Part shown: positions 21,215 to 33,943 of the stretch, piece by piece
Layout of the letters: every line of letters begins with the position of its first letter
How positions within the stretch are numbered: position 1 is the first letter of the stretch
NCBI GenBank assembly: GCA_965240325.2
Contig: OZ251224.1
Location: forward strand, 992,001-1,056,000
Source of the DNA: Rebecca billardiae RCC1528
Lineage: Eukaryota > Protista > Haptophyta
Direction: 5' to 3'
DNA: 64,000 nucleotides
Made by a program: the position numbers and the translations under genes
Notes under the pieces: generated by a model
Told to the model about the DNA's origin: nothing
Database searches by the model: none
Seen by the model: the letters and a program-made list of their open reading frames with translations, nothing else

Positions 21215-24200
21215 TTAGGCCATGTTTGCCGAGCCGGCGCCAGGGGCCGGCGGGCGCGCCGCCATCGTGCGCGACGCACGACGCGGAGGGCCGAGCTCGT
21301 CGACGTCCGCCACGCTCTCGCGTGCCGGTGCTGCCGTCTGGCTCGAGCTTGGGGAGGACCAGGACGAAGCAGTAGCCACGACCGTCGTCCACAGCCCCGC
21401 GGCGCTCGTCGACGGCTGGGGCGCTGCGTTGAGCGCAACGGCATGGAACTCTTGGAACTCAGCGGCAGGCCTCGCCGCGCTCGGAGCCGACTCGTCCGCC
21501 GTCGGCAGCGCCTGGTCTCCGGCGGCCTGGTAGGACACGGCGCGGGCGGAGTGGGTCAGCTTCGAGTCGTACTTCCAGCGCTTCCAGCCGGCGTACGCGC
21601 ACAGCGCGACCACTAGCGCGCCGACGGCGCCGGTGACAATGCCGATGAGCGCGGCGAGGCTGAGCGACGAGCCGCCGACGCCGCCGCCCGTCGCCGTGTC
21701 GGCGGCTCCGGCCGCGCCGCTGACGCGCGCCTGCGAACCCAGGTCGTCGTCGTCGTTGTCGTCGTCGTCGTCGTCGTCGCCGCCGTCCGCACCGGCACCG
21801 TCGTCATTCGCCTTGACACCGTCGACAACAACGCCCACCGCCTCGTCACCGCTGGCCGGCGTCGGCGTCGGCGTCGGCTGGAGCGGGTGGACCACCTCCT
21901 GCACGACCACGCCGGAGGTCACGCTTGAGCCCGTGCTCGCCTCGACGCTCGCCGCGAGCTGGGCGGCGCGTGTCTCCAAGTTCTCGATCACCTTGTCGAT
22001 CTGCTCGTCCTCGTCCGCGCGCACCACATCGAAGTGGACATTGACGCTCCCGCCGACCACGCTCGTGATGAGGACGTCCGACGTCGGGACCTCGGCCACC
22101 TGCGCGATCGAAGCGCCGAGCGCCGCGCGCTTGTCCGCCGCACCCGCCGCGCCGTCAGCCCAGTCTGCGAGGTCAGCCTCGAGCCCGAGTGAGCAGTGGA
22201 TGCGCGCCGCGTCGGTGGGGGGCTCGACACCCGGCAGCTCGTCGCCGCCGCCGTTGTCGTCGGGCACGGATGACTCGCCGCCGCCGTCGCAGCTCATCTC
22301 GAGCGAGTACGGCCCCTCGTTCGCCCCGAAGCCCTCGAGCAGCACCAGGTACTCCACGCCGCCCTCGAGCTCGAGCGAGAGCCGCGCCATCACGCCGCAG
22401 CCGCTGTCGTCGTCGCTGCCGATCTGCGCGTCCGCGTCGCGCGGGCAGCCGTCGTACACGCGGAGGAAGGTGTCGTACTCGGAGCCGCACGTGTCGAGGG
22501 TGACGGTCGTCGCGGTGGGCGCGCTGATCGTGTAGTAGTGCTCGCGCGCCGGGTTGCCAAAGTTGGCGTCCCCAGAGCCGTCGCGTGTGTCGCCGCGCAC
22601 AGTCGTGCCGCAGCTGAGCGGCAGCGCGCCCGCAGGGACACACGGCGCGGGTGGCGGCGAGGGCGAGGGCGGCGGCGAGGGCGGCGCGATCCTGCCCTCG
22701 TCCTCATCGGGGCAGCCCTCTACCGTCAGCTTGTACTGCCCCTCCTTCGTCACGAAGCCCTCCACCAGCACAATCACAGAGCCGCCGGGCGGCACGTCGA
22801 CCGTGAGCGCGGAAGCGTCGCCGCACTCGCCGCTGTCGTCGTTGACCGCGAGCTCCGTGGCGCCGTGAGGCGCGCCCGGGCAGCCGTCGAGCACGCGCAG
22901 GACCGTGTCAAAGTCGCTGCCACAGGCCGTGAGCCTCGCCGTGCCGCCGGCCTCGCCGAACGACAGCCGGTACAGCGCGTCGCCGCTCGGCGCGCCCCAG
23001 ACACTGGGCAGGCCGATTGTGGAGCCGATGGCGGGCGTGGCGCACGTGAGCCGGCCAACGGCGCACGGCTCGGGCGGCGGCGGCGGTGGTGAGGGGGGCG
23101 GCGAGGGCGAAAGTGGCGGAGGCGAGGAGGGCGGTGGCGGGCTGGGCGGGGGGCTGGGCGAGGGCATCGGCGAGGGCGTCGGCGAGGGGCTCGGCGGGGG
23201 TGTCGGCGGGGGTGTCGGCAGGGGGCCCGGCGAGGGCGACGGGCTCGGCACCTCGCAGCCCGTCATCGCAAGCGTGTACGCGCCCTCGCTGCTCGAGTAG
23301 CCCTCGACCATCACCACGTACCCGCTGTCGAGCGGCACGTCGAGCGTGATGAGCGAGGCGAGACCGCAGCTGCCGTCGTCGTTCGCCGCGAGCTGCACGC
23401 CGCCCTCGTCGGGGCACTTGCTATACACGCGCAGGTACGTGTCGTAGCTCGAGCCACACGTGTCGAGGCGGAGCGTGCCGTGCCCGCTGATCGCGTACAG
23501 GTGCTCGCCCGACGGGTTGCCCCAGTTGTTCGGCGCGCCGGCGGTCGAGCCGGTGGCGGGAGCTGCGCACGTGATCGTGCCGACGGTGCACGGCGGGCGC
23601 GGCGGAGCAGGCGGTGGCGAGGGCGGCGACGGTGGCGGCGGGCTTGGCGGAGGGGCCGGCGGCGACGTAAGCGACGTCGGCGGGTTCGGCGGCCGAGACG
23701 GCGGCAGCGGCAGGCTCGGGTTGTCGCAGCCCGTCATCGCGAGCGTGTACGCGCCCTCGCTGCTCGAGTAGCCCTCGACCATCACCACGTACCCGCTGTC
23801 GAGCGGCACGTCGAGCGTGATGAGCGAGGCGAACCCGCAGCTGCCGTCGTCGTTCGCCGCGAGCTGCACGCCGCCTACCTCGGGGCACTTGTCGTACACG
23901 CGCAGGTACGTGTCGTAGCTCGAGCCGCACGTGTCGAAGCGCAGCGCCGAGCCCCAGCCGTCGATCCCGAAGAAGACCTCGCCCGACGGGTTGCCCCAGT
24001 TGTTTGGAGCGCCGGCCGTCGTGCCAGTACGCGGCGTGCCGCAGCGGATGTGGCCGCTGATGCACGCCGGGCTCGGCGGCGGGCTCGGCGGCGAGGGCGG
24101 CAGCGGTGGGGGGCTCGGAGGCGAGGGCGGCGAGGGTGGCAGCGAGGGCGGCGGTGGCGAGGGCGGCGGCGAAGGCGGCGCGGGCGGCGGGCTTGGCGGC

Positions 24201-25487
24201 GCCATCGTGTACGCCTGGAGCAGCTTTGGCTCCTCCGGCGCGGGCACCCCCGTGACGATGTCGGGAACGGCTTCGGCGAGGATGAAGCTGAGCAGCTGCG
24301 CCGGCGTCGCGGAGGCCCCGAGCGCACTCGCCCACTGCGCGACGACGCCGGCCACGTGCGGACAAGCCATAGAGGTGCCCGAGATGGTGTTGGTCGCGTC
24401 GGGGCCGCCGATCCACGCGCTGAGGATGCTGCTGCCTGGCGCGTAGATGTCCACGCAGCTGCCGTAGTTCGAGAAGCCGGAGCGCGCGTCGCTGCTCGTC
24501 GTCGAGCCGACGGTGATCGCCAGCGGCGCGGACGCCGGGCTCGTGGTGCATGCGTCGTCGTTGTCGTTGCCCGCCGCGACGACGGTGGTCACGCCCGCGT
24601 TGACGAGGTTGTTGACGGCGTCGTTGAAGGTGCTGGAGAAGCCGCCGCCGAGCGACATCGACACGATCTTGATGGACTCCTCGCGCTCCGCCACCCACTC
24701 GAGCGCGGCGATGATTCCCGAGGTCGAGCCGGAGCCGGAGCAGCCGAGCACGCGCACGCCGTGCAGCGTCGCGCCCTTCGCCACACCGTAGTGCGTGCCG
24801 AGCACGGTGCCCGCGCAGTGCGTGCCGTGGCCTGCGTTCGCGCGCGGGTAGGGCACGCGGGAGGCGGGGATGGTCAATGCGTGCCGCCGCGGTGCGGGCG
24901 CGAGCGTGCATGCGCGTGCAGCTCGAGCGCAACCCACCGCCGCAGTCCGTCGGGTTGTCGTCGTTGTCGATGAAGTCGTAGCCGTCGCCGATGCGACCAG
25001 TCCACTCGTTGTGGCCCAGGTTGATACCCGTGTCCACCACAAAGACGTGCGCGTCCTCGCCCAGGCCGGGCGTCTCGAACGAGCCGTCGAGCGGCAGGTT
25101 GGTCTGGTCGATGCGGTCGAGGCCCCACGGCAGCGCCTCGAGGATGCCGACGCTGTACTTGCCCTTGCCCTGCTGCCGCTCGTCCTGGTCGTCGTTGGCG
25201 AGGGCGTACACGGGCAGGTCCTCCTCGATCGTCGCGCCCATCTTCTCGAGCATCGCCTTGGCCTCCTTGGTGAGCGTGCCGCTGAAGCCCTCGATCACGT
25301 TCGAGAACTCGTGCTTGACGCTCGCAGCGCCGGCGGGCAGCGCGCTCAGAGCGGTGGCGACGGCCGTCGACGAGCCGCCGCCGGGCTTGCCCTTGCCAAA
25401 GCTCACGATGTACTCGGTCACCTTGGCCTGGCCGTTGAGGTTGTCCTTGCCCGCCGCGACGGCGAGCGCGAGGAGGAGCGAGAGCAT
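21215..25487 (-). CDS. Type I membrane-anchored S8 subtilase (proteinase K/aqualysin-like): I9 prodomain, Ser-Pro linkers, four Cys-containing repeats, SEA-like domain, TM; intron 24832..24937
   Basis: Signal peptide, PWGLDRIDQ, catalytic D (VVDTGI), H (spliced DCGGHGTHCAG), oxyanion N (AAGND) and S (GTSMACPHVAG). Four DTCGS.YDT.LRVY..CP...NDD repeats. TM LAALIGIVTGAVGALVVALCAY. Confidence 0.9.
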
Positions 25488-25989
25488 GCTGCGAGTTGGC
25501 GTGCCGATCGTCGTTCCGTTGGCGGCTGGCGCGATTGCGTTGCGTCAGCTTGCGTCGTCGGGACGTCCGTTTGATCCGACAAGTCCGCGCGAGATTGAAG
25601 GTGGAACTTGTCTTGCCAGGCCGGAGTTCAGAGTCGGAGTGGTCGCCTGGTCGGTCGATCTTCCACTGGGCGCAGGAATTTCGGGTGGCGAATTTCTTTT
25701 CCGAATATGTTGGTGATGCCGTCAGAGCACCACCAACCTCTGCCGCTGGCGGCTGCGCTGACAGCGCGCTGGGCGGCGCTGGCGAGATTGGCGCCGACTG
25801 CGCGCCCTCCTGCGGTAGTTGCGTGCCCGCGAAGGCGGTGCGCGTGGTTGAGCGCGGCTGAAGAGCAGCCATTTGTGTCGTTCCGCCGCTCGCCGTTCGG
25901 AGTCACTGCATCCGCCGCGCCTCAGGCCATCGCGTGCGCCGCACCAACAAGGAAGTCGTGTGCATTCCTCGGCTGACTGCACGCGTGCC

Positions 25990-26760
25990 GCGAGCAGCGG
26001 CGTCGGCGTCCGGCACTTGGTTGCACTGGGCGATGTCCAGGTAGTTTATGCACGCGCCATCGCTCTTCACAGTACGCTGCCTGGCATACGCATCTGTACG
26101 GGTCACACAGCCGTCAAAAGGCATGATCGAGCATCACGCAGCCGTTGGCATCGACCTACGGCGAGGGTCGTGTGAGCATGAAAAGCACTGACATGCGCCC
26201 TTCTGGATAGTGATGTAGTGAGCACATTCCGCGTGAAAGGAGCGCGCGGCATTCAGGCACCGGACGCGGCGTCGGGGCTGGATGCTCACGTCTTGGGCAG
26301 GCTGATGCTGCCTTCCGGCTCAGGCTGCACGGGTGCGTCCATCAAGGCTGACCGTGTGTGCGCGATGCGCACCGTGAAGTTCGACAGGAACGTCCAGGCG
26401 TGAGCTACTGCTTGACAAGGTAGTACACACATTCATACACGCGCCGTGTCATCCGAAGAGGCACATACACGCAGGCCATGGGCCTCGTTCAGGTATGTTT
26501 TGCATTGCACGCATGTATGTGTTCGTACTGCCTCGGGCCAAGATTGACGTCGGAGCACACGTCAGGGAGGTCAGTGCCGAGGCAGAGCGGAACAACAGCC
26601 ACGTGCTCGGCGACTCCGTGCGAGCGCACATGCTGCGCGTCGCCGCAGATCAGCATGGCGTGCGCTGCAACGTCGTCGTCGGGCCAGGGCGCTTGTTTGT
26701 TCGACCAATCGAATCGTATGATGCAATCAGCACACCTGAACGCAGCTGTTCGGACCCGCG
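25990..26760 (-). pseudogene. Possible degraded coding fragments of unknown origin
   Basis: Short minus-strand stretches with coding-like codon use (PWPDDDVAAHAMLICGDAQHVRSHG..., HAWTFLSNFTVRIAH...) interrupted by stops. No family recognised. Confidence 0.25.
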
Positions 26761-27425
26761 CTCATGCGCGGCGGCGCAAGGCAGCGCAGTGCGTACAGTG
26801 TAGTTTCTCGCCACACGGAAGCGCATGCTCCGTGTTTGTCTCGCCTCGCATGGCGCACGCGGGGGAGGCTGGCCGTGTGGCGGTGTGCACAGACATGCTC
26901 GCCCGAGGCAAGTACAGCCGAATGCGAAGCGCGGGCGAAGCGGCGAATGGCACTTCAACACGACTGCCCGGCCTAGCTCGCCGGCTCTGCGCTCGCGGGA
27001 TCGTCCACACGCACGGGAGCGCGGCGCCGTCGCCCGCTCGCCCAAGACGCGCGCGGCCGCCGCGAAGCGCGCGGCGGAATAAATGCAAGGCGGAAATAAA
27101 AAGCGCGCCGATTTTCTCCGACCCTGGGTGCCGTGTCCCCAGTGGATGAGGATGGACCAGATCTAAGAATAGATCTTGGTGCCAGGCTTCCAGCGAATGG
27201 TCGGCCGTGGAGATGCGCAGATGGCGGCGCTCGACGACGTGACGATGATCAGGATTGTGTGACGGTGCGTGCGCAGCCGCACGCCGTAGGTCGCCTGCGC
27301 GTCGCCACGATGCGGTCAAACGAGCGCGGGGAAGCGCACCATGATGTCACCGCCATCGCCTGAGGCCTCGTCGTCGTTTGCGCCGCCCGACATGCGTTGC
27401 GCGAGGTCGGACGCCGAGCGCACGA

Positions 27426-28267
27426 GGCGCTTCCCGCCCGCGAGACACCTCGTGATGAGGGCCTTTCCGCACCGAGCTCGACGCGCGGCGGTGGATCGCG
27501 CGAGGTGGTTGTCGAGCGCAGCGCTTGATGCTATGGCCCGTGCGAGCGCTCGACGTGCAAGTCGGGCGAGGACCGCCCCAGGTCGCGCGATCGTGTCGAC
27601 GCGCCGAGCGTACCTCCAAACGCGTCGACTTTGGCCCCCGTTCGACCTGCACGCGAGACGACGAGGGCAGCAATCGCGAATCAGGCGAAAAAACCCCTCG
27701 GGAGTCCTCTCACGATGTCCGCGCCGGCGTTGGATTTGGCGCGCGGAGCCCACGCGCTCCGCGCCATCCAGGAACCCTTTTTCGGCCGAGCGTCCCCAGT
27801 GATGGGAGCTGCGAGGGCGGCCCGGTAGTGAGCGAGGGCTGGAAACCTGTTTCTGAAACGCATGATGGCACGCCGGGCCGGTGGCCCGAGCTCGGAATTC
27901 CGACGCTCGGTCATGGGCGCCACAGGGGCGCAGCGGCGGGGCTGACGACGCGCGCGCGTGTGCACGTCTGGGCACGGAGTGCGCGCTGCAATGACTGTCC
28001 CGTCTGCAGCACCACGCCCCGCGCTGTGAGTGAGAGTGTGGCCCCAAGCGAAACGGCCGGACCGGGGCGGCACTCCGCCGACCTTGCCGTCCGCCGACCA
28101 ACCCGCGGCCGCCTGCTGCAGCTCGTGGAAGGCACGCAGTCGCGCGCTCGCGCGTGGATGACGGGAGCTACAAGGACTCCCGGTAGTGAGCGACGCTATT
28201 TTCTTTTTCTTTTTCGTCTTATCTTTTCCCCGGGCACTACAAGGGGCGGACCTACGCGGCCCGCCAT
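27426..28267 (-). mobile_element. Family A element, partial copy 3 with internal ~350-bp insertion
   Basis: Matches the right half of family A, including the ...gggcactacaaggggcggaccta...cccgccat end. The gggagct..cccggtagtgagcga motif is duplicated around 27804-27834 and 28163-28193. Confidence 0.7.
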
Positions 28268-28351
28268 TTAGGTAGTTTCAATGATGTGCGAGTATGCGTA
28301 TGCACAGCAGTAGTACAGCAGTTATATTTACTACTGTAAGAATAAGAATTT

Positions 28352-30510
28352 ATGACCGCGTTCCGCGGTCCTTTTCCGTAGAACGAACGTAGTTCGGGGC
28401 CCGCGGTGGCGGTGCACCCTCCGTCGCGCAGTCGTCTAACTCTATTCAATTTCACTATTGTCCGATTCGGACAGACCTGAGGCTGAGAGTGAGACCAGTA
28501 ATGGCACGGTTGGCATGCCCGTACAACTACTGATGTAACGATTTTTTTCCGGCGGCGCTACCATCGGCGACGGCTTCATGGGCGGTGACAGCTGGCGGGC
28601 GTCAATCTCGCCTGCCTGAGCTGTGTGCGTCTCTTATTCTTAGTAAACTGTAGCAGTAGACTCCAGCGGCGCGCCGCCGCCTCGGCCGCGCCGGGCCGCC
28701 GGGGCGCCCGGGGCCGGGCGGGCCCAGTCGCAGCCGCCGCCGCGGCGCCGATATTGTGTACAGGCGGATGCGACGAGGCGTGATCGACGCATGAGCGCGA
28801 CTCCACGTGCACGCCAGGCCACGCGGAGCAGACAGCCAGGGAGCACGGTGCGGGGCCGCGGATTCGTTCGGGCCGCTGCGCCTGCTGCTGACCGCGCTGT
28901 CCCGTCACCGCGCGCCGGCAGCGGCCACGGGATAGATGATTTGCACTGGTCCGAGTAGGGTTCGACCAGCGCCTGCGCGACGGCCGACAGGCGGGCGCGA
29001 GGCGTGATCGACGCATGAGCGCAACTCTACGTGCACGCCAGGCCACGCGGAGCTGACAGCCAGGGAGCACGGTGCCGCGGTGCGAGGCGAGGCCGCGGAT
29101 TCGAGCCGAGCAGCCACAGCACCGGTGCCTTCGCGCGCGCCGCGCGTGGACCGGGTGACACACCTCGGTCAGGCTCGGCACGCGTCGCAGAGGCACGGCC
29201 AGCTCTGGGAGCGTCGCGCACCACCGTCGCCCGCGCTGCTCGTCCTCCTATGTCCGTCCGTCCAGCGCTAGACAGACTTGCCGGCGCGGGCTGATGACCC
29301 AGCCATTTCAACTTTCATGCAAGCATGCCGCTCTGCGCATCGATGGGACACGCGTGCGGAGGCGCGTGGCGGCGCACTCGAGGTGAGCAGGGCGCGAGGG
29401 GAAGACTGACGTCCGCGGGACCCCGCCACCACTGCCCGCTGCCCAGGCGCCGTGTGTCACGGCAGCGTACAGACAGTACCGTCGCCTGCTCGGTTAGTCC
29501 GTCTTCCGTGGGAGACCCCGGGAAGGCATGACGAGGGGGGCGCGTCCACGGTGAAGTCGGAGACTCAGATGTCGATCAGTCCGCCATCAGGCGCCGCTGC
29601 CCCCGTGCTTGCGAGAGCCCGAAAGGGCGGCTCGGGCCTGCCGCGGCCGGTCGCGGGCGGCACGCGCGGTGCACGATTCCGCGCGCAGGCATCGATGATC
29701 GATCGATAGGGCGGCGGGGGCGCGCGGAGTTCAGAGTGAGCGGGGCACGAACGCGATGTCGACGGCCGTCGGGGCCCACCACAGCCGCGCGCTCCAGACG
29801 CCACTCGCCGCGCGCACCTCGTGAGACGTGCTCGGCATCATGTCCACGTGAGCGGCAAAAAAGTGGCCTCGAGCCTGCTCAGGCTAGCTCTTAAAGTGCG
29901 CACAACTGGCTCGCCAGAGGGCAAAAGGCCAATAGCTACTCCCAATTCCCGAAGGCTGATGATGAATACGCACACGTGCGCCTGATGAATATCGATGATA
30001 TTTTGCTCGACCCCGTAGCAGTCCATGAACCATATATATATTATAATGTATGAAAACGAAGCGGTGCAAATGTTGTTCTCCAGTAGTGGATACGACCCCG
30101 ACGAAGCGATTTTATGCCTGCGTGAACCATACAGCATATGAATCAGTAGTGAATACGACCCCGACGAAGCCAATATATATCGGTTGGTTACTTCGCTGAT
30201 CCCGTATGGACGTGCGAAAATAGCCTCAAAGAAGCTGACGCTTGTATTGGACTTGTAACCGTCCTACTTCACACAGAAGTGAACTCTCACGCCCGGCCGT
30301 CCACGATTGATTAGGGGAATGTTGTGGGCGCGGTTTTTTTCTCCGTGATGCACCTGTAGAGAGGGTCTCAAAATTCGAAACTCGGTCTCCGCCAGCCCTA
30401 AAAATCGGCCCCCGCGTCCCTTTTTCTTGATCAAAGATCTTTTTGAAACGTGGTTCGGGCCCACTGGTGCGGGCTCCACGCTGCGCGCTCCGCCCTGCAC
30501 CGCGGGCCAT
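28352..30510 (-). mobile_element. Family B Helentron-like non-autonomous element, copy 1
   Basis: Shares both ends and internal blocks with 58684-60422. Terminal hairpin gaccgcg-ttc-cgcggtc; subTIRs ggcccgcggtg (28398-28408) / caccgcgggcc (30498-30508). Confidence 0.7.
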
Positions 30511-30992
30511 AAGTGAGACGCAGGCAGAGTCGCACACAGCTCAGGCAGGCGAGATTGACGCCCGCCACTACTGTCACCGCCCATGAAGCCGTCGACGATG
30601 GTAGCGCCGTCGGAAGATTCGTTCAGCCGTCCGCCTGCGAGACCTGGATGAGGGCTGCGGCCGCCTCGCGGCGCGCCGCAGTGCCGCCGGCCGCAGCGCC
30701 CGTCTGCCGTCACGTCCTTCACTCCTCGCCCGCCGCAGGGCCGTGAGCAGTCGTCCACAACTGCTGTGAACGTCGGGCGGCGCCCTGGGAACTCCGCCCG
30801 TGTTACTCTCCGACTGAGCGCCGATGCGACAGCGCGCCGACAGGATGAGTATGTACAGGTAGTATGGAATGTGGAGCCCCACTGTCGGTTGGGGAAGGTA
30901 TGTTTCAAACAGCATGACGAATCGTATCTGAGATCGCTCTCGCAGCAACAGAATGCCGTCGTCTCCGTACGAGTATCATCTGGTCACCGTCG

Positions 30993-31916
30993 TCAGCTCC
31001 GAGACTGAGGCTGAGAGATTTCGAGCAACGTGACGTCGTCGCACGTGTACGTGGGGTGCAGCTCCTCCTTGCCAATGACGCGCACCCCAAAGCCGCGTCC
31101 ACGGATCGCGGATGTGAAGCGCGGCTCGGCTGTCCGGTTCCGCCCGTACGCAAAGATGGCCACGCCTCCAGACGTCCACGCACACGCAGTCACGAGCGTC
31201 TCGATGAGAGCAGGGACTGCCTCGTCGATGTACATCAGGTCGGCACCGAGGACCATATCGAATTCCACATCTGGTGGCGAGTGGCCCCATCTGAGTGCGT
31301 CGACGGACACCCGGCGCCGAGCGGACGCGGGCGTGCACTTGGCCAGGTTGGCACGGAGCAGAGGCAGGTTCTCCTCAAGGTCGGTCGCGGCCACGCGCCG
31401 CGCGCCGAGAACGATGGCCGCCGCCGAGGCGAGACCGCAACCCGCACCGAGTTCGAGTACGCGCTTACCCACGACGCGACCGTCAGCGTGGCGCTCGAGG
31501 TACTTGGCGAGCACAATGGATGAATCCCACACGGTCGATGCAAAGCCTTGCGTGGTGTACGGCTGCTGCGCGAGCTCGAGGATCCGTGCAGGTCGGTGCT
31601 TGGATTCGGCGATATGGTGAACGTACGGCTCGACGTGTCGCTGTTCGAAGCCGAGGTACTCGCGCTTCACAAAGGTGTCGGGCTGCCCGGGACGATTCGC
31701 CGGATCAGCAGACTTGGGAGCATTGTCGCCGCTCTGCGGCCGCTGTTGGGCTGCCGTCGCGTCAGCGGCCATGTCGTAGCATTCCTGGCTCTCCTCAGCG
31801 CGCCCTTCGTCGTCTAGCAGCTCGGCCAGGGCGATCAGCAGGCCGCTCCGCCGTGTGTACTCGTGCTCACCAAGGGCAGCAAGCTGCGCGCGCAAGTCGG
31901 TCTCTTCCGCCATCAT
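30993..31916 (-). CDS. Protein-lysine methyltransferase, METTL21/Methyltransf_16 family
   Basis: ASTVWDSSIVLAKYL, GKRVLELGAGCGL, ATDL, LRWG and FDMVLGADLMY motifs. Confidence 0.9.
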   Translation of the reverse strand: MMAEETDLRAQLAALGEHEYTRRSGLLIALAELLDDEGRAEESQECYDMAADATAAQQRPQSGDNAPKSADPANRPGQPDTFVKREYLGFEQRHVEPYVHHIAESKHRPARILELAQQPYTTQGFASTVWDSSIVLAKYLERHADGRVVGKRVLELGAGCGLASAAAIVLGARRVAATDLEENLPLLRANLAKCTPASARRRVSVDALRWGHSPPDVEFDMVLGADLMYIDEAVPALIETLVTACAWTSGGVAIFAYGRNRTAEPRFTSAIRGRGFGVRVIGKEELHPTYTCDDVTLLEISQPQSRS

Positions 31917-32014
31917 CACACAAGTGCAGCTCGGATGTCCGGGGACTTCGGTGAGCAGGACCGACGATGACAGCAGTGGGCGTCACTGGGCAGCCGCGCT
32001 CACGTCGTTCAGCG

Positions 32015-33746
32015 ATGGCGTCGCCGAGGCGCGCTCGCTTCCCGCCCGACTTCATTTGGGGCACCGCGACGTCGGCGTACCAGGTGGAGGGCGGGATCCA
32101 CCACAACAACTGGACGGCCTGGGAGAAGCAGGGCACGCGGCTCACCGATGACACCCCCACCATTCGCAACCACGAGCGCTGCGGGCGCGCCGCGGAGCAC
32201 TGGGTGCGCTTCGAGGAGGACCTCAAGCTCCTCGTCGGCCTGGGCGTGCGGATGTACCGCTTCTCGGTGGAGTGGAGCCGCATCGAGCCCATCGACGGCC
32301 AGATCGACTCGGCCGCGCTGCACCGGTACCGCGAGTGGTGCCTCCAGCTGCTCGAGCACGGCATCCAGCCGATGGTCACGCTGCACCACTTCACCGAGCC
32401 GTGCTGGTTCACCGCGAAGGGCGGCTGGGAGGTGCGCGAGAACATCGCGCTCTTCGTCCGATTCGCGTGCGCCGTGGTGGACGTGCTCGGGCCCTACTGC
32501 TCGTGGTGGTGCACGGTGAACGAGCCGTTCGGGTACGCGATGTGCGGCTGGGTGGCGGGCGAGCACCCGCCCGGGGGCAAGGACCCGGTGGTGGGCTTCA
32601 CGGTGCTGCGGCACATGATCGTTGCGCACGCGGAGGCGTACCGCGTCATCCACGCGGCGCACGCGCAGCTGCACAGCACCTCGTCCGCCGATCCGGGCGG
32701 CCTGCAGCCGCGCGGCGCGCGCCACCCGCGCGCGCCGCCCTGCTGCCAGGTCTCACTCGCCAAGAACATGATCTTGTTCCAGGCGCGCAGCTGGTGGAAC
32801 CCGGTGCTGGCCGTCGTGGTGAGCGCGATCAACTGGGTGTACAACCTGCTCATCTTCGACCTGCTCCTCACCGGGCGTCTCCGCTTCCCGTACAACCTCG
32901 TCGCGCGCGTGCTCTCCGCGCTGGGCCAGCTGGGGCCGGAGGCGCGCGCGGACATGGAGCGCGTCTCGCACACGGCCGACTTTGTCGCGGTGAACCATTA
33001 CTTCCGCTGGCTCGTCTCTGTGGGGCGGGAAGGGGGCGCGAGCCAGGGCCAGGGTGGGCGCGACCTCATCTTCCACCTGCCGTGCGGCCTCGCCCTCTCC
33101 GCGTGCTTCGACCCGGCCGCGCCCAAGTCGGACATGGGCTGGGACCTCACGCCCGCCTCCCTCGGCGTCGTGCTGCGCTGGGTGGGCGAGTACGGTGCGC
33201 CCGTGATGGTCACGGAGAATGGCGTCGCCGACGCGGCGGTGCCCGACACGCGCCGCCAGCGGTACGTCGAGACGGCGCTCAGCATGGTGGCCAGCGCCAT
33301 CGAGCACGGCGTCGACGTGCGCGGCTACCTGTACTGGAGCCTGCTGGACAACTTCGAGTGCGCGCGCCGCCCCCCCTCGGCCTCGCGCGCGTGTGCCGTC
33401 CGGCTGGTGCGACCCGACTCACGCGCCGCACTGCTGCGCGCCCGACCAACTCACGCCGTGTCCGCCTGCGCGCTGCGGCGCGCACAGGTGGGCCGAGGGC
33501 TTCGAGCCGCGATTCGGTCTATACCACGTCGACTACGAGACGATGGAGCGCACCCCGACCGGCACGGCCGAGTGGTTCTGCGAGGTGATCCGCACAGGCG
33601 CGCTGCCACATTGGGAGTCGGACGAGACAGAGCGAACGGCGCCGCACAGCGACAGCGAGGATCCCTCCGCTTCAGCCGCATTGCAGCCGCTGATGAGTGC
33701 CACTGGCGACAGGGACGACGACTCGCACACCGTCTCAGTAGAGTGA
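32015..33746 (+). CDS. Glycoside hydrolase family 1 beta-glucosidase; intron 33358..33487
   Basis: FPPDFIWGTATSAYQVEG, YRFSVEWSRIEP, acid/base TVNEP, nucleophile VTENG and spliced WSLLDNFEWAEGFEPRFGL. Confidence 0.93.
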
Positions 33747-33848
33747 CGCAGCTGAGCAGTGGCTGAGTGGGCGTGGCGGCGCCGGAAACGGGCACGGCGC
33801 CTAGTGGGGTAGCGAATAGCGAGTGGGTACTATAAAGTAGCTCGACGC

Positions 33849-33850
<2 letters not shown>

Positions 33851-33943
<93 letters not shown>
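33851..33943. repeat. (ATT)n followed by (AT)n microsatellite
   Basis: About 25 ATT units directly visible. Confidence 0.95.
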
